Source of the DNA: Azolla caroliniana
Lineage: Eukaryota; Plantae; Polypodiophyta
Assembly: GCA_043228905.1 (NCBI GenBank)
Contig: JBHGNT010000011.1
Span: 15,004,001 to 15,068,000 of the forward strand
DNA length: 64,000 nucleotides
Direction: 5' to 3'
The notes beneath the pieces are model-generated. The model was not told the DNA's origin, did no database searches, and was given only the letters and a program-made list of their open reading frames with translations. Positions 36,706 to 49,660 of the stretch are shown piece by piece (position 1 is the first letter of the stretch; each line of letters opens with the position of its first letter). A program made the position numbers and the translations under genes.

Positions 36706-37997
36706 TGTGGTGTGCATGTGTTCCTTTGTGCCACCCTTTTAGCTCACCCTTTTTAGGATGCACGTACCCAAGTTGACCCACCCTTTTAGCACACCCTTTT
36801 TAGCCAAGCCAACCCAAATGGGTTCTGTTGTATCAACTATAATTTGATTAAGAAGTAAGAAGCTAAGTAGTCTGGTTTTGATCTCTTATGTGCATTTCAC
36901 ATATTGGTGGAGATGCGGGGTACCAGTCCCCCACGTCCAAGCATCCGCCTTTCCCGTTTCGTAGGTATGCATCGCTCTCGCCACCATCACCCACACTATC
37001 TTGTTAGTCTCTTGTAGTAGTATCTCTTCCATTAGCACCACCTTAGTTCACTAGTTAGGCCTCCTGACATCCATCCAAGTCCTTTTTTGCGATCACCATC
37101 TATACCTCTCTAGCATGCAAGTCCACTACACCTTCACCTTACGCACTCTCACCTTCTCACACCATTTTTATATCTTGCCCCACCAACTCTTCCCCCTCAC
37201 CTTAGGTTGCCCACTAATTTCTTGTCCCATGAGTTTCTCCAATTCCCCTCCTACACGATAGCCCTCCTGTCCCCCACCTCAGCCAAGTCCAGGTGGCCCT
37301 TAGTCCACAAAAGTGATTGATCTTTCTTTGACAAATGATCTTTTCCCCGATCCCCCTCTGACACAATAGCCCTCCTGTCCCCCACCTCAGCAAAGTCCAA
37401 GTGGCCCTTAGTCCACATGAGTGATTGATCTCTATTCGCCAATTGATAGCTCATTTTCCGTCACTAGCCCCGTCCAACTATCAAGGCCAACAGTTCCACG
37501 GGGATGTCCTCAACGTCGTTGCAACTCAATTACGTGTCCGTAGATGTTTACATCCCCATGCCATCTTCACCGAACGCCTCAACAAGACCCTCAAACACGA
37601 GATGGCTGCATAAATCAACCCTTTTCGAGCACTCTATGGGCGTAACCCTCGCCTCGCACTAGAATCATCCATGGATTTCCATTTGAAACCTGCCATCAGA
37701 TGCTCCCCCTCCATCGACAAGCCATTATTCTTGTTCTTGTTCACGTACCTGTCATGTTCTTGTTCATGCCCCTCAATCTCTTGTTTCTCGCAGGGGGGAA
37801 ATGTGGTGTGCATGTGTTCCTTTGTGCCACCCTTTTAGCTCACCCTTTTTAGGATGCATGTACCCAAGTTGACCCACCCTTTTAGCACACCCTTTTTAGC
37901 CAAGCCAACCCAAATGGGTTCCGTTGTATCAACTATAAATTGATTAAGAAGTAAGAAGCTAAATAGATTGGTTTTGATCTCTTATGTGCATTTCACA
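36706..37997 (+). mobile_element. Short non-autonomous (TRIM-like) LTR element related to the 31147 Gypsy; LTRs 36706-36901 and 37802-37997
   Basis: 196-bp LTRs with ~6 mismatches and termini TGTGGTG..CATTTCACA. ATAT TSD, PBS TGGTGGAGATGCGGGGTA (tRNA-Ala type), PPT AGGGGGGAAA, and an integrase scrap TERLNKTLK..PFRALYGRNPRL. Confidence 0.93.
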
Positions 37998-40005
37998 ATA
38001 TCAAAGTTTTTTACTTGAACTCTAGAACTTGTTTAGGGCGAAGATGTGCATAATCGGCTAGCCTTATTACTTATGGCCTAACGTTTCATCTCACATTGAA
38101 GTGAATGTGAATTGTCACATGGATTCTATGGCAAATAGATTTTATCATGAATCAAGTTGTACAAATTTCCCATTAAACAAATAATATGGTTTTATAGTTA
38201 GGTAAAACTTATGTATTAATAATATGAAGCTTGAGTCTCCACATATTTCGCATGTCATGATATATTCACGTCAAAAAAAAACTCATTCATAAAATAATAT
38301 ATTCATGCATCATTATGCGTTTTTCATCATTTCTTCCCAACTTGTTTTTGTATATTGTGTTCAAGAGGAATACAAAAATTTACCTTTTGTATCTTTTAAA
38401 TATTTGTTTTAGCTTCCCATGTGATTCTAGGTGTTTATTTCTTGACTCAAAGAGACTTACGGATGCTAGTGCTCTAAACTCGTACACCACACAGAACCAA
38501 TGATGTCAACAAAGTTAAAAAATGTATTCTTTGGGACCCAACAATTGAGTTTTTCATCACTTTTGCATCTTCACACCTACAATCATTAGCTTGCTAGGAC
38601 CATCACTTTGAAATGTTTCAAAGATGGGCATTCGGCATACAAAACCACCAACGATCCCCCTTATCTTTAAAGATAGCATGTTCTAACCAACGTACAACCA
38701 TACTATCGCCATTGTCCAATGCACATACACTAAATAATCCACCTTTAGCTGGATTGTTACCAATGTAATCATAAAAAGAATTTTTTTGGGGAATCTTATG
38801 CCAAATTTCAAATAGATGCAAATTGTTCTCAAATGCATAACATACACTCTTTGTAGAAGAGATGTGTTAATTGTGGTTGTAGACAGTCTAATACTTTTTT
38901 TTGGCTTCAACAAGATGACATATAAGATCAATTCATTTGATTCTACATTTCCGATGCTTAAATACAATGAATCCCATGGATGGTTTGCTAATGAGTAGTT
39001 GGTGATGGCAGTTGGTGATGGCAATTCTGATGCTTGGAATACTGGATAAGAGATGTTAATATTCAAAGAAGTAGTTGATGCATGCAAGGGGTTAGATTTA
39101 CATAGAGGGATAACATAATCCTCATGGCCAAGTTTATTGCTTCCTTTGCTGTTGTGACATGTTGGAGGATTGCTTCCACAAACTGAAGGATTAGACTTAG
39201 TGGTTCTGAGAGACTATATCTTCCTCCCACCTCTGTATTCTTGTCTTTTGCACTTCATTCCTGTATGGAAAATGCAGCACTTTTATTGTGGTTCCGCATG
39301 TAGGACTCGGAGCCTGCCAAATAGTTTTTAGACTTTAGTTCATGTATAATGCATTCTGAGGATGTTACAAATGAGCTCTTCAGTTCAAATGGAGAAGGTA
39401 GCACATACATGGCGTTTTCATCTGCCCTCCAAACAGCATTCATATCCCCATCCCCATCCTTGCTATTGTACATGGATGTGGTGGGGGGAGCTGATTTACT
39501 GTTTCCTTGTGATTGTATCGGTGTAAATTTGAGATTACTTGATGAGAATGAAAGCTCCTGCAGTTATATAGGCATAAAATCATTTAACATTTCTCATACA
39601 CAGTTGAGCATTATTTCTATAAGCCTCTAAGGTAAAAATTTGAAGGATTTCAAGGGCATCACTCAATCAAGACACTCTTTTTATACGTAAAATATGGAGC
39701 TTTTCTATTTTAATCCATTTCTCTTCTATATATCTCAAATAGAATTGAAAGGATTTAGTAATTTCCTTTACTAGGCAATGAAAGCATATCAACAAACTGT
39801 TCTAGAAAAAACCTGTGATAGAGAAATGGCAATACAGTTGATTTCATTCTCATGTGGTTCCTGCTCTATAGAATCCGATCTACCACTTTTTGCCCCTTCC
39901 AATCTACCACTCCTTGTCCGTTCATCCAACAACGCTCTATTCGTATTCGTTTCGTCATCTAGCTGCTTTATTACTGGTTCTATTGCATTGATTGCTTCAA
40001 GACAT

Positions 40006-41263
40006 TGAGTGCCTCTATGTGACGGGGTATAGATATATTTAATCAATATGTGTACATGAATTGATGGTGTTATGAATGATTTTTTAAGGTTCAATATGAA
40101 TATAAAATCAATGGGTTTGAATACTCTATGCTCATTTCCTCTTTATCCTTGGCTCATCATGGTCTCTTGATTGCCCATCAAATTTCAGTTTTTCTTTCTC
40201 AGTTTCAAGAGTATATCTTGCCAACAAAAAACAAAGCACACTAACCTTTTATCAAGAGTATGTTTGGCAAGGGAGCACATTTTAATGATACTCAAAATAA
40301 TGAGCAAGAGGTTGTTACAAATGCAAATAGGTCAATATCTTCTTCTAATAAACAAAAAAGTAAGTGGAGAAACCAATGGACTTTGCTTCACCCATGGGCA
40401 TATTTCACAAAGTTCTTATTAGGTGATGATAAAATTAAATGCATGTGGTGTGAAGATGCAAGAAAGATCACTGTTTTTACGGATGGTGGATCTCAAAACA
40501 TATAAATGTCTTCATTGAATGAACATGCAAAGTCATCCGATCATATGATAGTAAATGTTATGTACCATGCAAAAATACAAAAGAAAAATGCAAATGCGAA
40601 AAAAGCCCAATGGATAATTTCTGAAAATTTGTCATCCATTGGGCCTTTCACATTTGCATTTTCCTATTGTATTTTTGCATGTTACGTGGCACTTACTATT
40701 AGATGATCGGATGACTTTGTATGTTCATTCAATGAAAACATTTGCATGCTTTAAGATCTACCATCCTAAAAAACATTGATCTTTCTTGCATCTTCACACC
40801 ACATGCATTTAATTTTATCACCTAATAAGGACTTTGTCAAATATGCCCATGGGTAAAGCAAAATCCATTGGTTTCTCCACTTCCTTTTTTGTTTATTAGA
40901 AGAAGATATTGACCCATTTGCATTTGTAACAACCTCTTACTCATTATTTTGAGTATCATTAACATGTACTCCCTTGCAAAACATACTCTTGATAAAAGGT
41001 TGGTGTGCTTTATTTTTTTGTTGGGCAAGACATATTCTTGAAACTGAGAGAATTCAAAACCGAGAAAGAAAAATAGAGATTTGATGGGCAATCAAGAGAC
41101 CATGATGAGTCAAGGATAAAGAGAAAATGAGCACGAAGTATTCAAACCCCTGAAGTGTATATTCATACTGAACCTAAAAAAATCATTCTTTCATAACACC
41201 ATCAATTCATGCACACATATTCATTAAATTATATATCTATACCCCTTCACATAGAGGCACTCA
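40006..41263. repeat. ~1.26-kb inverted repeat (foldback), ~610-bp arms, centre ~40623
   Basis: TGAGTGCCTCTATGTG.. (40006) pairs with ..CACATAGAGGCACTCA (41263). The innermost GCCCAATGGAT/ATCCATTGGGC pair is 18 nt apart. Arms are roughly 90% identical by eye. Confidence 0.97.
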
Positions 41264-42190
41264 GTCAAATCATATGCACACATTCATTCAATATATAATC
41301 ATTCACACATACATATATATACATTCATTCAATCATACACATACATAAAACATTCATTTATACATTCTTTAGAGTGATCTACATTTTGCTCTACCATACT
41401 TGAGATTAAGGTATGCAATATCACAAAGGTGATCCCACTCAAGAGGCTCCATGTTTGTATCTTTAGATTTGTATGATCTATCATATCATTACATTTTTGC
41501 ATTTTCAATATCCATGCATATTCCTTTTCACTTCCACAATCAACGCATTGCTTCCTCTCCAAAAAAATTGCACATACTACCCTCCTTAATACGAATATTC
41601 TTTTGGAAGTATTTACAACAATAAGAACCCCAAATCTAGGTTATCGTAACAAAATAGAACCCCTAATCTATACATAATGGAATTTCCAAACCTTAAAACC
41701 TTTGGTGTAGCACAAATTTTACTTGGAAAATTTCAAGATTTGAACACAAAACCTTTAATGAAGCTGTGGCCCAAAATACATTGAAGAACTCATAAGAAAA
41801 ATAGGCAAAATAAATACCTTAAGAGTGATGAACAACATATGTCGCGCAATCAATGAGAAGCAAAAAGGGAACTGCGACTGACGACTAGGGAGCAACAAAT
41901 AGCGAGCAGGAACAGGGAGTGAGGAATAGGCAATCGGCGAGCACAGAGGACTGAGTTGAAGAGGGAAATGTTGAGGGTCGAGACACAAGCAATAGTTGAG
42001 CGTTACAAAAGAGGGGAAAGAGGGAGAAAGAGTTCAATTTTTTGTTTTTTCCCAAAACTACATAAATAGCCGGTTCAAAAAATATGAACAAGCTAGATTC
42101 GAGCTGGTAGGAAAACCTGGCCGGAATCAATTCCGGCTGTCTCCCACCATGGCCGGCAAAAGTCCCAAAGCAACCGTAATGCTAACACTG
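40630..42190 (-). mobile_element. 5' portion of a hAT DNA transposon (TIR plus TTF-type zinc-finger transposase N-terminus)
   Basis: The minus strand begins CAGTGTTAGC at 42190, a hAT-type terminus. The foldback arms encode KWRNQW..HPWA..IKCMWC..F..GG..LNEHAKSSDH, resembling ZnF_TTF/ZNF862-type transposases. Confidence 0.65.
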
Positions 42191-43582
42191 TTCCTGGGAC
42201 TTTGCCCAACATTGTATATCTATCGATCTATCTATCTATATATATATAACATGGAAAATAGAATTTTAGCATGTCATTCGACATGTATAATTTTTGGGGG
42301 CCTTTCACATCAAAATGGAAATTTCAACTTCATATGTCACTCGACAAACATTTTTGACAGGCACGACACCTGTCCAATTCTTGCCCTACCATGCACTTGT
42401 ACATTCCTTTCTCTACCTTTTCTCCCTTCAATCACATGAATTTCAGTGGACCTCATGCACCCTTTTATTTGTGCCATTTTAATGTATGTGTTTCTATTAT
42501 TATTAAATGCAATTACTTTATAGGTACATGTGTTGTACATCTCGATTAATTTTGTTCTGTATGAATTCATAAACATATAAAGATAAATCTTCATAAAGGA
42601 TCATTCACTTATTTTTTTCTTTTCATCTATCTTACTCTTAACCTAAAAAAATATTAATTACATTAAAATTATTAAATTCTTGACTATTGGTACTTATTTC
42701 AGTTTCATGGAATAGCACCATAAACACATATCACTATGCATTCTTGTTCTTAATCACTTCTTTTCATTGAATGCAATTTAGGATAATGTGCATACCATTG
42801 TGATATGGAAGCAAAATTGTGTATCATATGAGCATGATTATGTGAATGGTTATTTCCCCTTCATCTAACCATCAAAACCAAATCAGGCATCTACACTCTA
42901 GCTTAACATTTGAACCTTTGACATTTCAATTTCTACCTTCAGCTATAACCAATGAACTATCATAACATTACATGAAGTATGTACCATTTCTATCTTCTAA
43001 CATTACATAAATTATGTATTGAAGATTCTTTATGAGATAGTCTATCTATGGTCGTTAAACGTTAAACAATAACCCCAAGTAGTCTTTTCTTTTCCCATCA
43101 GTTCTTGAGGGTTTCTAAGTTTAATACTAGCTACTGACATAACCAGGACTAATATATCTTTATCACTAGGATCATCCTAATTTGCTAGCATACAACCTTC
43201 ATTCAACAATGTCCCGATCGATGATCGTATAAATGAGAGACCTTTTTTTGTTTCTAAGAGATAGTTAACTGAACATCATTTCTTTAAACAACCTCCATTA
43301 ATAATTGACTGTGAACAATTTGTTGGCCCTATCAAACATGAGTGGAGTTGGTACCTCTACCAACCCCAACACACTAGAGTCCCATAAACCCAGGATTTGA
43401 AAACTTGGAAATATGCTGCTTGTGTTTCAGTTCAGAATCTTGATGCAATTTATCAGTGGCTTCTGAAATGGAACCTACCTTCCAATTGCGCAAGACCACC
43501 AATGATCAAAACAATATTGAACACTCATCATTTTAACCTACAAGATGTAGCTCATAGATGGAGGAAATTGGCTAAAGATAAC

Positions 43583-46350
43583 TATTGAGAATCAAGCTCA
43601 ACTTGTGTGAACATGTGCTTATGAAGAAAAGGACGATGTGTGCAAAAGTGTGTGAGCACACTTTATTGTAATCCGTGTAGTTTCGAGTGTTAGTGTGGTC
43701 AAAGAATATTAGATATTCTTATGACAAAATCGTACTCAAGTGGATATCTTGGTTAGATTCCACCAACACATTTAATAGGGCAGTCCCTTGAGGACTTGTA
43801 TATAAAACCCCCTTTAGCCATTTAGTTTAGTTGATGATCTTTAGATAATTAATATAGCTCTCTTAAGTGCATAAGTTGTCATCCCCCTACTGTGTTTTCT
43901 TATTTTTTTGGTTATTCTCTGTAATTCCTTCTCTTGCTTATATATTCACTCTCTCTCTCTCTCACACACACTACGCTTCTGAATACTAAACTCTACTAGA
44001 GCTAGATTCTTTACATGGTATCAGAGCGTGAGGGTTAGAGATCCTTCATTGAGCTCTACCATTGAAACTGTGCGAGCAGCTAGAGACGCTGTTTAAAATC
44101 TGCTATCATCACTGCAATGTTGCACAGCAAGAGGCTCACGTTAACAGGATCATACGAATCAAGCTAAATCAAGAAAATTGAATGCACAAATGGGTAGCTC
44201 ACTTCCAACAGAGAAGTTAGATAGGCACAAATGGGAATATAAGATGCAACAATACCTAGTTCGGCAAGGGTATTGGAGTTATATCGAGGGAGCTCAAGAA
44301 ACAGCCCCCGATATTACAAATCCCAACTACCCCACATGGCAACAAGGCACCAATAGGGTGGTGATGTATTGCTTGGCAACATGTGTGTAAGATCACATGT
44401 TAAGCTATATTCGTGATGCAAAAGCCCCAACTAAAGCATGGAAAAACTTGAAGAAGATTTTCGCGGCTTCAACCACAGGCAGGAAACTTCAACTCCGGCA
44501 GATGTTGAACAATATTCGGCAGGGGGATATGTCCGTGACAGACTATACCCTTCGGATCAAATACTTATGTGATTCCCTTGGCTCCATCAATGTCGCAGTT
44601 GATGATGACGAGATGGTGCATATCTGCCTTGGCGGCCTTGCACAAAAATATGGCGCATTTCGAACTGCCATAACTACAAGTGAGAACCCCCCAAGCTTTT
44701 TCAACATGCAATCCATGCTAATGGTTGAGGAGAACCATACACGGTCAAAAAGCACGGCATCTGATGGGCAGATCCTATATACACATGATGATCTTGTTGA
44801 GGTCACGGTCATGGTCGTGGAAATCAGGGGAGGAATGGCTGAGGAAGTGGTGGACGACGTCCACAACAGTTTAATTCCAAGCAGCAAGAAGGTCAAAACA
44901 GCCGAGAGAATTCCAGCAAAAAGGGGAGCTTCCACCAGCCTGCATCAACCAGGCAAAACCAGCAAACTGAGTGCTGGTATTGTGGAAAGCCTGGCCACTT
45001 TGAAGCCGAGTGACAGAAGAAGAAGAATGACTCAGCTGCCTCACCCCGGCAGCAAACAAACTATGTTGTAATGGCTGACCTAGAAAACAAAGGGTCGATG
45101 TTTGTTATGCAACACCGAGCGAATAGCATGATAACAAGTGTTTCCCAATCTGATGATGTATGGTTCGTGGACTCAGGTGCCTCAAGAATGGTTCATGAAT
45201 TTGAGGGAACCCGAGAGACCTGGCGTGGTGGAGACCGGTGATGACTCCACACACATGATTGAGCACATTGGAGATGTGGCCCTTAACAATCACGACAACA
45301 AGGGCTACATGAAGGATGTACTCCATGTGCCGACAATCACAAAGAATTTGGTCTCGGTTGGCCAAATTGTCGAACAAGGAATGCAAGTACGATTCAACCA
45401 GGAAGGTTGCTTCATCGAGGATAAGGGCCAACTTATCGCTCATGCAAGAAGAGAAGGTCGCATGTTTATTCTTGATGCGATTGAGGTGAACATATGTATG
45501 CAAAGGGGCTCAAGGCTGAGTCTGATATTGAGTTGTGGCACAAAAGGGTTGGCCATGTAAACCTTGATAAACTGTGATCAATGCAAACAAAAGGGGCTGT
45601 GCACGGATTGCCACGATTTACGTCGAAACAACTAGGCAAGCAACATAGGCATGCATTCCTAAGCGAAAGAAATGTGAGTAAAGGCTTGTTGGACGTCATC
45701 CACTCAGATGTATGGAGCCCAACTCAAACAGCAACAATCGGTGGGTGTAGGTACTTCATTACCTTCATTGATGACTATTCGCGACATACCTGTGTTGGAG
45801 GGTGGCAGCTCCAGCCCTGCACTCTCTTTCATCTATATTATCTTTGTACTATATTCTCTCCCTTCCTAGATTCTTCCCTCTCTAGAATATGCAACTCCTT
45901 TAATGCCTTCTCTCTCTCGAATTTGTAATGCTTTAAATGCCTTTTTTCTCTTCTACTTTTTCCAAGATATTCCCTTTTATTCCTAGTTTTTTGTACCTGT
46001 TTGGTAGTACAAGAGCCACTTTACTACCAAACAACCAGTTCACCCACTTTCCTCAATTTTGTATAAATAGGCTATACCAGCCTCTTTTGTAAAGACTTTT
46101 TTTTACTTTGGTTGCTACTTAAAAACAAGCTCTATTATTTGACTGTGTATCTACTCTTTGCAACCATTTTTCTACTGCTGTCTAACAGCCTTCTCACAGC
46201 TTGGTTGTGTCTATTTTGTTCTAACTCTTCCGCTGCTGCTATTAACAGCTTTTCTCACAACCTGGATATGCCCGATGAAGTCAAAAAGTGAGGTCTTCTC
46301 CCACTTTCTCAAGTTAAAGAATCGCGTGGAAAATGAAACAAATCGCAATT
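43583..46350 (+). mobile_element. 3'-truncated Ty1/Copia element (LTR 43583-44015, gag, protease, start of integrase)
   Basis: PBS TGGTATCAGAGC (tRNA-iMet) at 44016, UBN2-type gag, LHVPTITKNLVSVGQ and IHSDVW..YFITFIDDYSR motifs. Confidence 0.9.
45793..46259. mobile_element. Solo LTR nested in the Copia integrase
   Basis: TG..CA ends with 5-bp TSD ACCTG on both sides. Removing it restores DDYSRHTWICPMKSKSEVF. Confidence 0.9.
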
Positions 46351-48339
46351 AACCAAGTGTTGGGAGATACGTTAAGGGTTTATGTGTCTATCCATCAAAC
46401 AAACTAGGAAAGTTATTTGCCACAGCTTGAGTTTGCATATAACTCATGCAAACATCTGGCGACTATGTTTTCCCCAGTTTAACCTGAATCATGGGGTTCA
46501 GCTAGCTTATGCAGATTCATTATGAGATACACAAAGAGAGCATGTGTGGAGAGTGTGGCACACTAAAACATCGACCCTGGACATCCATAGCCTTGGTGAT
46601 ACTATCCCTCTAGGCATGCAAGAATGTCAAGGAATTATCTCTTTGGGCCTGATCAATCAATTTATTCCGAGAAGTAAGGACAAGCCAATCAACTCATCAA
46701 CACTTGCTATATTATGCAGCTTCATTAAAGATAGAGTTTAATGAAGACTAAAATATCAGGCCTGCCTAGTAGATCTGGTCAACTTAATTGCCTCTATAGC
46801 TCCTCCATTGAGCATAATATGGGATGAAATATGTATCTCCAAATTTCAAAATATACATAAATTTCAAAATTTCAAAATATGTATCTCTAAAACGATTTGA
46901 TTCCTCGCTTCCATTATGTCTCTAAATTATCTAACAAATTACTTCGTCCTAATTCTCTTAGGTACAACTAATGCTTTTTACCAAACCCTGCAGATTCAAT
47001 TCCTCTTTTCAATTATATAATCTCTTCCTGTGATATCTATATATCGATATAGACATTCCCTGAAGTTTATGAAGTTTCAGCTCAATTGAAATGTTTTAAC
47101 CATATCCATCTATTTCCATAGAAGGATCTTTTAAACGATATAAATGCTTTAAAAGATTCTTCTATGAAAAGACGGAATAAAGATCATAGAGAACAGAAGA
47201 AAGATCACCTGCATTTATAAGTTTGCACATCTGTAATTTATGGCTAGTGCCTAAAAATTCAGTCTTTCCTATTTCACCATGTCCAAAACTCACAACAGCA
47301 ACAAACAAAAAATTACAGAAAAACTGAAGAAATCCAGCATGAAAAGAAGCGAACCATAAGAGCACATGTACACACAAACTCAATACATGTTTAAAGGTTA
47401 TAAAGATTCAGTATAATTACAATGATAACAAAAATAGAAAGAAAAAAAGAGTTTAAGATGAAGATACGTTAAGCAGCAAGTGCAACCGAAAGCACATTCT
47501 ATATCTGGTTAAAAATGTTAAGGATTCGGGTCGTCTCTTTATTCAAGTGCTTCACCATATCCAAGCTCAAAACCGAGAAGAAGACAGAAACAACGAGACT
47601 TTTGGTTTTGTAAGATGGAGAAGATAAACCAAAGACAAGAGAATCTGACCTGTGTATATGCCTGCATATGCATTGAAACGTGTTCGTCGTTTACCTCTGG
47701 AAGAGGTTTCTCCTTCGATCCACGTTTGCTCAGTGTAAGATCTCGCAGCTTCCTTAGTTGAGACTTCATATTAAGTTCTGCTACTTCTTGGAAGGCAATG
47801 GAGTCATCGGACAGCAGAAGAACTCCCCAGGAAATAAATAACACGAGATTGTTCCTTCTCCTTCTCCTTCTCCTTCTTCCTTCTTCCTTCTTCCTCCTTC
47901 TCCTTCTTTTTTTACAGGATGTTCAACCAGGGTTTCAAGATTGTTCCTTCTCCTTCTCCTTCTCCATCTCCTTCTTCTTCTTCTTCTTTTACAGAATGTT
48001 GAACCAGGGTTTTCCTCGTCTTCTCCATCCTGAATCCTGATGAATGGAATTTCTGGGCAATGAAAGTTAGGAAAGGAATTGATGCAGAGAAGCGATATCG
48101 AGCAAAAAATGGCGGAAAGTAGGAAGGTAAGACCATGCATGCATGCATGTATGTGTGTATGCATGCATGCATGTTTATGTTGTGTACAACATGCTTTTGT
48201 ATGTGCGCGCACTCATGCATGTGTATACATATCTATAAGATTATATGTATGCATGTGTATCTATTAGCTACCAAATCATAAATAGGCCTAGCGAGGGAAG
48301 CGCGGCCAAACAAAACGTGTGATAAAAACAATTGTCAGA

Positions 48340-48520
48340 GGTCACTCAACTCTGAGTCCTCGGTCACCCAACCTTGTCAATAGTCGCCCAACTCTGAGTC
48401 CTCGATCGCCCAACTTCGCCAGTAGTCACCCAACCCAGAGACCTCGATCGCCCAACTCTATCAGTAGTCGCCCAACCCTAACACCTTGTTCGCCCAAATT
48501 TTGTTAGTAGTCGCCCAACT
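48340..48520. repeat. 42-bp tandem repeat (~4 copies) built on TCGCCCAAC motifs
   Basis: Units start at 48347, 48389, 48431 and ~48473. Confidence 0.85.
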
Positions 48521-48550
48521 AGGGTTTACCTAACCCTAAACCCTAAACCC
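48520..48550. promoter_or_regulatory. Telo-box / interstitial telomere motifs (AAACCCTA, TAGGGTTT) upstream of the cold-shock gene
   Basis: TAGGGTTTACCTAACCCTAAACCCTAAACCC lies ~85 bp upstream of the ATG at 48631. Confidence 0.55.
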
Positions 48551-48630
48551 CCCTCTTCTAGAGAGTAAAAGTGTGTGAGAGAGAGATGAACAGAGACGGA
48601 TACAGAGGCAGAGGTCTAAGTGAGTTCGCC

Positions 48631-48740
48631 ATGCCTAGTGTTGCTCCTAAGAAACTTGGCAATGTGAAGTGGTTCAACAACACCAAAGGCTATGGCTTCA
48701 TCTCCCCTAACGATGGCAGCGAGGACCTCTTCGTCCACCA
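48631..48740 (+). pseudogene. 5' part of a cold-shock-domain protein gene, interrupted by an LTR retrotransposon
   Basis: [27 protein letters not shown] contains CSD RNP1 and RNP2. The next codon is cut (CA|TGTTAG) exactly at an LTR start. Confidence 0.85.
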
Positions 48741-49597
48741 TGTTAGAAGTTATAATTAACTAACTAGTTTACAATGAGCAACTACTTGGTTAGTTACTAA
48801 ATACAACTCCACACCACAAGTTATTATTAGTAAAAAAAAATGTTTTCATGTTAGTTGTAATTCAAGAAGCCTACCTTATATTTCCCTCCACTTTCTCTAC
48901 TATATAAAGAGGAAGTTGGGGAACCTGCTTTGGTGTGCTCTCTGCACCATTATCTTTAGTTGTTGCATTACTAGCTTGCTAGATTTAATCAAATTCCTTA
49001 TTGTTGTTCCAAGTTATTCCTTTTAACTTCTGTTTGTTATAATCTTGTACCTTGTGTCAAAATCATAATATGGTATCATAGCGTCAGAAGTAGGAAGCCC
49101 AAAAAATATATTATCCACTCCATACTCTATTGTTGTTGTTCAAAACAAACAAACAAACAAACAAAGACAACAACCTCAGCATTATGGAAAGCTCCACTCA
49201 GACAAGAAAATACTCAGTAGAAAAACTTACCACAAGGAACTACAGAATCTGGAAACCAAGGATGGAGCTACTACTTGACCTCAAGGAGCTACTTGAAGTC
49301 GCCACCGGAACTTGTCAAGCACCAAAAAGTACACAATCAGTAGCATGGAAAGAATGGAAAAACAAAGACACAAGTGCAAAGCTTGAAATATTGCCTAGAA
49401 GACAAGCAAATTGATGTCATTCGAAAACTCACAACTATAGTAGAAATGTGGTCCAAACTAAAACATATATTTGAACCACAAGATGGTACTACTAGAATCC
49501 ATACTCTTGCCACCCCATTTCACATGTGTGTTTTGCATGAAGAAGAAGATGTTCTTACGCATTGGATACCTGGCAAACATATCTTGAAGAAGCCATT
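48741..49597 (+). mobile_element. Ty1/Copia element A: 5' LTR 48741-49070 plus gag start, interrupted by nested insertions
   Basis: TGTTAG start, TATA (CTATATAAAG), PBS TGGTATCATAGC at 49071, and gag VEKLTTRNYRIWKPRMELLL. Confidence 0.85.
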
Positions 49598-49660
49598 GTC
49601 AGAACCATGACAGCCACCACTACCGGAAATGAAATCTCCGAATAAATGAAGATTGGGCTC

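Larger units (their letters stand above)
38990..47769 (-). pseudogene. At2g33490-like (N-terminal BAR-like domain) gene, disrupted; recognisable exons 47769-47650, 40005-39813, 39557-~38990
   Basis: Exon 1 MKSQLRKLRDLTLSK..YTQ ends at a GT donor. CLEAINAIEPVIK resembles GLKSLEAVEPHV. SKSAP, YVLPSP, RYSLSEPL and ELPSP motifs follow. TGA at 39255-39257 with a later frameshift. I could not find most middle exons. Confidence 0.65.
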
